In this document: positions 54,791-64,000 of the stretch, piece after piece
Layout: every line of letters begins with the position of its first letter
Numbering within the stretch: the first letter of the stretch is position 1
From: Eledone cirrhosa
Lineage: Eukaryota
DNA length: 64,000 nucleotides
NCBI GenBank assembly: GCA_964016885.1
Contig: OZ024741.1
Coordinates: 92,008,001 to 92,072,000, forward strand
Direction of reading: 5' to 3'
Made by a program: the position numbers and the translations under genes
The notes under the pieces: generated by a model
What the model was told of the DNA's origin: nothing
Databases searched by the model: none
The model's input: the letters and a program-made list of their open reading frames with translations, nothing else

Positions 54791-55053
54791 GAGGTGGTGA
54801 ACTTGATAGGGCCCATCCTTTTCCAGATCTGAACACAGACGATTTCTTCTAGAGAAAGAGAAGAGAATAGTGGGAAAAAAAGTTGTTGGATATTTAGGAA
54901 AATTTATCAATGATAATAGCGTAGATAAATAATATCGACTTTGGAAGTATTTATCTACAATGGATAGCTTTGTTGATAGATTGCCAGTATTTACACGCAG
55001 TGCACAATCTACCAAGTCGCAGAGAATGCAGACAAAAATGAGAAAAATTAAAA

Positions 55054-55089
<36 letters not shown>

Positions 55090-55125
55090 GGTAGGAGGCT
55101 GAGGAGTAGAAGACGTAGAAGTGAC

Positions 55126-55194
<69 letters not shown>

Positions 55195-55281
55195 TATCTA
55201 AAATGTGGAGAGAACACATATATATATATATCATCATCATCATCATCATCGTTTAACGTCTATCTTCCACGCTAGCATGGG

Positions 55282-55339
<58 letters not shown>

Positions 55340-55343
<4 letters not shown>

Positions 55344-55545
55344 AGTATGACCCCGACGGCAGAACTCAAGCCGTTTCGACGGCTATTTCTGAAATAGCCG
55401 TCGAATTTCCAGAAATAGCCGTCGAAACGGCTTGAGCTCTGCCGTCGGGGTCATACTTTTTCCTATTTCCCACTCTACTACCCTAAGTATTGAGTACTCT
55501 GGTGCGTTATGGTCCATCTGGTTCCTTACCACAATTCCTTTGTTA
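55340..55545 (+). mobile_element. Fold-back element, copy of the 3864-4061 family
   Basis: AAAAAGTATGACCCCGACGGC...GCCGTCGGGGTCATACTTTTT plus the same tail; extra duplicated segment at the hairpin centre. Confidence 0.85.
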
Positions 55546-55705
55546 TATATATATATATATATACAATAGTATAGTATCGTCGAATATATACATATATGTG
55601 TGTGTGTGTTTGTGTTTTTATATATGTGTGAGTGTGTATGTATGTGTATAGGCATATGATATAAATATGTACATGTAAAATAGTTTAGATGCACAAAGAG
55701 GGTAA

Positions 55706-55785
<80 letters not shown>

Positions 55786-56848
55786 GCAGGCAGACAGACA
55801 AGATAAATAAACAGCATATCAAACGCAAATATTTGCCAAGAATTGATTTTTGCTTAACGAAAAGGTGTGGGTGAAACAACTTCATTTTGCTTGTTGCCAA
55901 AAACTTGTCGATATGTTTCAATGAACAACGCAGAAGTGATGCAGGTTAATAAAAAAAATTAGTTGTAAGTATCAATTGGACACTAATATTCCTGATAACA
56001 TGTCTATCTTTTTTGTGAAGCTTCCATCTTTTGTTTCATGTACATCCTATCCATCTCCCAATACTTACACTTTAGTTATAAGAACACTTAATTTAAAACG
56101 TATTCTTATCTCTTTTGTTGTTTTACTGATTTCAGTCATTAGGCTGCGGCCATATTCTTTTCTTCTTTTTTTTAGGTGTTGGGCTGTATACTGTCTTAAA
56201 GAGATATAGCCGATCATATTGACTCCCAGTAATTTTTTTTCTTTTCAAATCAGGCACTACACTTATCCAATCGATCCTCCTTCACCAAACTCCTAGATTA
56301 CAGGTCATAAACGGACACACAGGAATACACACACACAGACACAGACACACACACACATACACACACACACACACATACACACATACAGGTTTAGTATATA
56401 GGCATGTAAACATGCTAAATATAGGTATTACTGAGAAAATTGAAAGAAAACTATAAACACCTTTAAAGGTTTTTCAAGCCTATTCGTGCAATCATCATAA
56501 GGCATGTACATTATCTAAACAGCAAGAAGATACGTATTTCAGGGGTTCTTATACTCCATCACTTACAGTAGTATCTTCAAATAGACGCATATTATTAGTG
56601 CTCATCTTCGTAGTTAATTAAGATGCATATAAAGTTTGTAATAAAGTTATATCTGTATATATACAGATTAAAAGTAACCATGACCGCATAAATGTATATA
56701 TAAATTTACACACTTTTAATATATAGACATGCAAACATGACAAATATACTTATTTTCTTGTAAATAGAGAAATTGAGAAACATCTTTAACCGGTTATTAA
56801 GCCTGATTGGACTTTAATGAGAAAGCATATATATCATCTAAACAAGCG

Positions 56849-56880
<32 letters not shown>

Positions 56881-57050
56881 GTATTAAGGATACTATTTAT
56901 GGTTATGTATATAATAAAACCTTTTATGGTTATATATTTTTTATATATAAACCCCAAATAGTGAAAGATAGTCATTCATTACTATCTTATTACCAGTAAG
57001 ATAAATAGCTCAATGTAATAACATCAGTTGTTTTACAGAGCAGTTATATA

Positions 57051-57280
57051 GAGATTACAATAATCAAAGTTCAGTTTAAATCATTTATTTGCTTACAATT
57101 GTTTCCTGCAAACCGATGTTTGGATTCTTCGGAGCAACTATTTAGTGATCTATAACATACTTGACCTCCTTTTCAACACAAGAGACATATAATGACATAT
57201 GCATATATTGACCCACAGTGGGTTGACATCCATCATAATGATATAGCATGGCAATTTACATATAAAGGTTAAAGGATTAA

Positions 57281-57311
<31 letters not shown>

Positions 57312-58300
57312 TAAAAATAAAACATTGGCAGTTTATGAAGATAAAGCAAGAGGAAAGTTTAGAGTAGTCAGTGTATGAAACAATCTCACACAACTAAAAC
57401 AACCTGATCTATTAATCAAATTAAGAAACGACAAGATATGGTTTATAACTTGGTTCTCCAGACACCCAATGCTGAATCATCGTGGATTGTGTGATAGACC
57501 TGTAGTCTATATATTGCGTTTCATGGATTGTGTGAGTGGTGGTGTGTGCGAAGACAGTGGTGCTGTTTTGCCTCTTTTATAATGTTTTATAATGTTTGAT
57601 ATTTTTGATATTTTGGTGTTTCTATACATTCGGCATTGTATATCGTACAGGTGTATGCGAAAAAATGATTTAACAATAAGGCCCACATGATACTATTGAT
57701 TGCCTGCTTTAACTGCCTGATTCTACAAGTAACAAGCTGCCGCAATCTAATCCTGTATAAATGAGACACGCGTGCATGCCACACGTGAGATTGTTTCATA
57801 CACTGACTACTCTAAACTTTCCTCTTGCTTTATCTTCATAAACTGCCAATGTTTTATTTATTTTTATTTTTATTTTTATTTTTATTTTTATTTTTATTTT
57901 TATTTTTATTTTTATTTTTATTTTTATTTTTATTTTTATTTTTATTTTTATTTTTATTTTTATTTTTATTTTTATTTTTATTTTTATTTTTATTTATTTT
58001 TTTTTATTTTTTTATTTTTTTTATTTTATTTTTTTTATTATTATTTTTTTTTTTTTATTATTATTTTTTTTTTTTTAATCCTTTAACCTTTATATGTAAA
58101 TTGCCATGCTATATCATTATGATGGATGTCAACCCACTGTGGGTCAATATATGCATATGTTTTTATATGTCTCTTGTGTTGAAAAGGAGGTCAAGTATGT
58201 TATAGATCACTAAATAGTTGCTCCGAAGAATCCAAACATCGGTTTGGAGGAAACAATTGTAAGCAAATAAATGATTTAAACTGAACTTTGATTATTGTAA

Positions 58301-58305
<5 letters not shown>
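57051..58305. mobile_element. Long inverted repeat (pLTR-like) with a hammerhead in each arm
   Basis: Arms ~57051-57389 and ~57785-58305 near-identical except for (TTTTTA)n length; ~395-bp spacer; microsatellite on the right flank. Confidence 0.85.
58218..58266 (+). ncRNA. Minimal type I hammerhead, U4C variant (inverted twin 57089-57137)
   Basis: TTGCT-CCGAAGA-A-TCCAAAC-ATCG-GTTTGGA-G-GAAAC-AATT-GTA-AGCAA. Confidence 0.75.
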
Positions 58306-58399
<94 letters not shown>

Positions 58400-58433
58400 A
58401 CACACACGCACACATACACACACACATATATAC

Positions 58434-58465
<32 letters not shown>

Positions 58466-58831
58466 GGGGGAGGGCGATTCCATAAATTGGTATTTCGAGA
58501 TATAATCTGCAAATAAACAATTTTGTAATATCCGTCCCTGAGAAAATAAACACATTAATGGCTTCTTTACATTTTGGCAAAGATCGTTAAAGATTGATGC
58601 AATGTTATTATTGTTACTTACAGCTTTGAGGAATTTTGCAGAATGTTGGTCTCCAGAGACGATATCACTTTCCCTTAATTTTTTATATAATAGAATCTAG
58701 AATACAAGCCACAACAGTTTATAGCATCGTAGTTTCGTTATTCAATTTAGGGAAATATTTGTTGTTCATATTTGAGGAATTTATCTTAATCGTATCTTGT
58801 GGGTATATATATGTATATACATATCTGTGTG

Positions 58832-58979
<148 letters not shown>

Positions 58980-58984
58980 GGTTG

Positions 58985-60495
58985 TCTACTCCATACTTCT
59001 TGGACTTTGTGTAGGATAAGTTAAGGCATTTTAATTTCACTTTTATAGAGTCTCTATATCTCCTCCTTGGCTTATTATTTAACCTTTTACCAAGCTTGAA
59101 TTCTCCATAAAACATTTTCTTGGGGATGCATCTGTCACCCAAATAAATCGTGTTGCCTGTCCATCTTAGCTGATTCTTGATAAGTATAGCTTGAGTAGTG
59201 TAATTTTTGCCCTAGCAAGAACCTCAGCTTAATTTGAGTATATGCCGGAGGCATTTTTGGTGGAAGTGCTCCAACATTTTAACATGCCGCGTATACAACG
59301 TCCATGTCTCGACAGAATATAATAGTACGGAGAGTACATATGAGATGTATACAACAATATTTGCCTAATAAGCCTATGGTCCGTCTAACATTCTGCACCT
59401 CTCATTACTCGGACACTAGTGACATCACTCAAAGCTGCTTTGCGATCTAAAATAAAGTCAAGAACGTGCCAGCGCTTAGACCTAGGGTGCACCCATGTAT
59501 TTGTATATATCTCTTTTTGCTTGAAGAAAATATTTGAGATAGCCAGCTGGTGTTTGGTACAAACTCTGAGAAGAGATAGTCCATTTTCGTTGCATTTTCA
59601 AGTGCCATGCTTTCCCAAAACAGGCCACGTTGCATTAAAGTCATTAATGATGACTAGCCTCTCTTCCCTTGGAACTTTTTGCACCAGATTCCCAAGATCC
59701 TGATAACATTTTTCAATGCTTTCGATGGAATGTGACATTGTCGGTGCGTAAACACTCACAATTGTCAGGAATCGATCTTTTAGCTGGAGCCAGAAAGATA
59801 TAATATGTTCAGATATACACTTGGAAATTCTTGGATACAGTCTAGAATTGAGTTTTTAATAGCAAAACAAACACCTGAATCTTACCTATACTCTTCAGGC
59901 AAACCTTTCCAAAAGAAAGTGTAACCTAATGGCTTTTCAGTAAATTCGTCATCTCCAGGTAAACATGTCTCTGATAATGCAACGTCCAGATCATATTTAC
60001 CAATTTCTTTTGCAATTAATGCTGCGCAACGTCCTGCACTATCAGACTTATTGTTGTCTACGAGAGTACGAACATTCCGACAAATAAACTCCATAATGAC
60101 GCAAGGTGTTTTTTTTTGGGGGGGGGGGGGTAATTGTTTGTATTTGTCCCAGTAGCAGGATGACGACCGGGACCAGGCTGTGGCATCCTAAGCCCTTTCT
60201 GCAATTTACTTGCATTTACATTTCAATTAGAATTATGGGTGCATTTTCAGGTTATTGCCAACCCCTCGTTTCGATCTTCAATAATGAGGAAAATATACAA
60301 GAAGTACCTGTGCGAAATATTATTTTTAAAGTGGATGTAGCTTCACAGCACTACCTCCACTTTGTGATGCTGGAAGTTGCAAGATGTGTGGATAGTTTGG
60401 CAAGACTCACTACTTAATAAACCTCAGGTTTTACATTGGAGTTTTCCTTCTAGGTAGATCACTAGCCAAGGTTACAGAGCTACTGCTCACCTCCC
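58985..60495 (-). mobile_element. Degenerate, internally deleted RTE-clade LINE
   Basis: Endonuclease N-terminus CRNVRTL..ALIAKEIGKYDLDVALSET..GYTFFWKG (59882-60094); C-terminal MGDRCIPKKMFYGE..GKR..PRRRYRD (59020-59142); most of the RT is missing. Confidence 0.85.
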
Positions 60496-60904
60496 ACAAA
60501 GAAAAGAAAAGAAAGTTTAAAAGATAAAAAAGATTTAAATGTATTTTAAAAAAGATAAAATATATACCCACATGAATATGTATAAAAGTACAAAAGTAGT
60601 ACATATGTACATGATGTACATGTTTGATTCGATGGAAATTGACTCTCCTGAGTTCTTCCGCCTTTTGTCAGGTTTTGTTTTTCGTCCCACAGTGAGTTCA
60701 AATCACCCTCATCACCAAACAATCTATATATATAAGGCAAATTAGCTGAGTCGGTAGAACATCGGTGAGAGTGCGTTGCAGTATTCGTTCCGCTCTCTCA
60801 GTTCAAATCCCATGAGGTCAACTTTACCTTTAATCCATTTGAGATCGAATGGATCGAAAAATTCCTCTATATCTCTTTCTCAGTTCCTCTCTCTCTCTCT
60901 CTCT

Positions 60905-60959
<55 letters not shown>

Positions 60960-61939
60960 ACACACTCTATCTCCTGTACTCAGGCCTGAAGAATAGATGG
61001 GCTCCGCTAGGTTAAATCTGCCCTAGCGCCGTATGTCAATATGGGGTCCTTACACAAAAACACATAGATATGCAAAACACACACACTAATATTACTAATT
61101 AATTAGTTATACCAACACCACCATAGATACATAAACACAATTAATTATACTAACATGATTAATTAACTAATTAATTATACTGACGACTGACTAACTGTAC
61201 TAACATGGTCAAATAACTAAATCAACATGACAAAAACTTAATTAATGTAAACTAACATTAATAATTAAGTAAACCAACGTAATTTATCAACTAAACTAGC
61301 ATAGCCACAAGGAGAGAGAGTGGGGGGGGGCAAGAAAGCGAGAGGGGGGGGGAGAGAAAGGGGCCGAGAGAGGGAGAGAGAGAAAGGGAAAGAGAGAGAG
61401 GGAGAGAGAGAAAGAGCAAGGATGAGAGAGAAAGAGCAAGGGAGGGACAGAAATAGCGAGAGGGAGAGTGGGAGAGAGAGAGAGAGAGAGAGAGAGAGCC
61501 ACCACTACCACAAATAGACAAAACAGCACGACCTCATGGTGACAGTTGAAACTACTTAACCTCCTCAGGCAGAGTCACCACACCTTGATCCCTCTTTCTG
61601 TGATATATACCCCCTCTCACTCGTACACACTTAATTCTCTCCTTAGTATGCTATACACAGCTACCCCACCACCCCCTCATCCTTTCTGACCACAGCACTA
61701 GCAACAGACCGCTACACACCATTCGATCGTATACTTTGATCCTAAGTTTTGGATCTCTTCTCATTTGGGAAACGCCTTCTCCATTCTGTCCGCCGGGGCT
61801 GTGGGTCCACCAGCACGTGGGACTCCATTTGCTCACTATATAGAGAGATGGGGAGGGCGAAAGAGATGGGGCGGGGCGATGACGGTGGGAGTTCTGTTCT
61901 TCCGTATTCGGACACATTGCACCTGTCAAGAGTGTATTT

Positions 61940-64000
61940 ATCGACCTAACTGTCTCGAAAAGGAACTGGTAGCTAAAGTAGAAGAGGCACTTAGGAATGA
62001 CAGTACAGCTGACGTGCTAGCAGCGAGAACGGCACTAGACCAGTTCTTCAACGTGAATCACGAAGGTTGTATTGTCAGAAGTAGAACACGTGCGCTAAGA
62101 AACCAGGCAGCCAAAGCTATTAGCTGGGCCCGAGTGGAAGCGACGAAAAGTGGCAACAAATCCACAATTCGCTCCTTACAAAACAAAGATGGGCGCATTC
62201 TGCTTGAATCCAAGCAGATGTGCACGGCCTTCCAGCAGCATTTTGCACAACTGTTCGGGCAAAGCGGTACGTCAAGGGAGGTGATGGACTTCAGCTCCAA
62301 CCTCGACGGCGTACCACGACTCTCGAGCACGGATGCAGAGAGCTGCGAAAAGCCTATCACAGCGGGCGAAATAGAAGATGCCCGAGGCCGCTGTGGGAAA
62401 CGCAAATCACCCGGTCTAGATGGTCTACCCTATGAGTTTTACATAGGCATGCCGGACTTGTTCTCTAGCGTCCTCGAAGCCGTCTACTGCAATTGGCAGC
62501 AGAACGGGAGAATTCCCAGTTCTGCAGGCAAGGGCGTAGTAACGCTGATCAGGAAAGACGAGAACAAGGGGGACGAAATTAACAACTTCAGGCCCATAAC
62601 TCTGCTCAACACAGAGTTAAAGATGTTGGCCAAGGTGTTAGCAGCGAGGCTGGCGCTTGTCGTCGAGAACCTGGTAGGGGAAGCCCAAACGTGTGCAATC
62701 CCGACCAGGTCCATACACGACTACCGCCACCTCATGCGATACATCATAGAGCGGGTAGGGTGTAAACCTGGCTTCGGTGGGGCTCTGATCAATTTAGATC
62801 AGTCTATGGCATTTGATAGGGTCAACCATCAATACTTGGAAGCGGTTCTCAAGGCGGCCGGCTTCGGTCCCGTCTTCAGAGGCTGGATCGCTGCCATGCA
62901 CACCAGCATCTGCTCGGCAGTCAAGGTGAATGGCTACCTATCGGAGCCGTTCGGTTCGCAAAGCATGCGTTCCATCCGTCAGGGGTGCCCTCTCTCCTCT
63001 ATTCTGTATGTACTGACTCTCGAACCATTACTGCCGGAGTTGGAGCTGTTGCAGGGCATCCCGATCGAACCAGGACTGCGGAAAGCAGAGTCGGCCTATG
63101 CCGACGACATAACCGTAGTGGTGTCGAAAACCTCGGACATCTATTACAGAAATACGAAACGTTGACAGGAGCAAGACTAAACTCAAACAAGTCTGTCGGT
63201 TTGCAACTCGGCACATGGAGAGGCAAACCCATACCTACCGACAGTGTCGTTGTACGCTGGACGGAAGGACCGGTGAAATTGCTCGGGGTCTGGTTTGGTC
63301 CAGACCTCCAGGTGGACAAGAACTGGAACGAGGTCACGGTGAAGCTGTTTGCACTCACCTAGAAGTGGGCTGAGTGCAAACTCTCATTGAAAGGTCGAGC
63401 AGAGGTGGCGAACACTTACATAGCGTCCGTCATCTACTACCGCTTGACAGTCGTGCCTTGTCCCCGCGAATACCTCACCAAAATGGAACGCCTACTCTTC
63501 AAGTTCAACTGGAAGAAACAGGCTCCATTGGTGAGGAGATCCATCTGCTGTCAACACCCTTCTAACGGAGGGCTGGGCATACCGTGGCTGATGATGTGCA
63601 AATGCGCGCTGAGGCTACGCCATCTCCAGGTGTTCCTGACCGGCGAACCGGTGTGGCTGTCGTTTGTGAGACGAGCTCTTCCACAACTCGTCTCACTAGC
63701 AGAGCTGCAGTCCTGGGTCAAGCGAAGACTGAAAATGGGTGCCTGGCACCTCGAGTGCCTACAGGCGCTCACAGCCCTCTACCAAGCGGAAACGGCTGTC
63801 AGCGTAGACTTCACTTCGACATTCTATAGGGGATTAGCGGTGGATAAGTGCGACAACGTTCTCGGGGGAACTCTAGGCATCGAGGAAGACGAACTGACCA
63901 GTCTGTTCGGGGGGACTTTCCGTCTAGAGCCTATGGATAACTTCCAAAGGTCTCTGGCCTGGCAATGCACTCGAGGAGCTCTACTGATTCGAGATAAAAT
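61940..64000 (+). pseudogene. 5'-truncated Tx1/L1-clade LINE ORF2 (RT), runs off the window
   Basis: Collinear with 25345-27870: KSPGLDG, FRPITLLN, IRQGCPLS, YADD, GGLG; frameshift near 63145 and stop at 63360. Confidence 0.93.

Noticed and set aside
61765-61939. N-terminal extension of the 466-aa ORF
   Set aside because: LINE homology starts near 61940; upstream is fortuitous open frame across the truncation junction.

Overview
AT-rich, microsatellite-dense eukaryotic DNA with no intact host gene. The SINE repertoire and repeat density suggest an octopus-like cephalopod (inference, not verified). Nearly all listed ORFs are translated microsatellites. Real coding content is transposon-derived: a near-intact Penelope-like element (PLE; RT + GIY-YIG, 9965-12039, minus), a PLE GIY-YIG remnant, a full-length but disrupted Tx1/L1-clade LINE (25113-30960, minus) plus a 5'-truncated relative (61940-64000, plus), RTE fragments, a mariner pseudogene, Helitron pieces, MITEs and many tRNA-derived SINEs. 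The main hidden signal is a set of unrelated short non-coding elements carrying minimal type I hammerhead ribozyme (HHR) motifs. One is fully canonical (16374-16418, inverted twin 15726-15770) and several have variant cores. They sit in fold-back or tandem arrangements, mostly inside (TA)n tracts, consistent with PLE-mobilised retrozyme-like RNAs. Two further oddities are a telomerase-like reiteration of the PLE's own sequence at its 5' truncation point and a ~99% identical tract shared by two otherwise diverged LINEs. All folds and alignments were done by eye.
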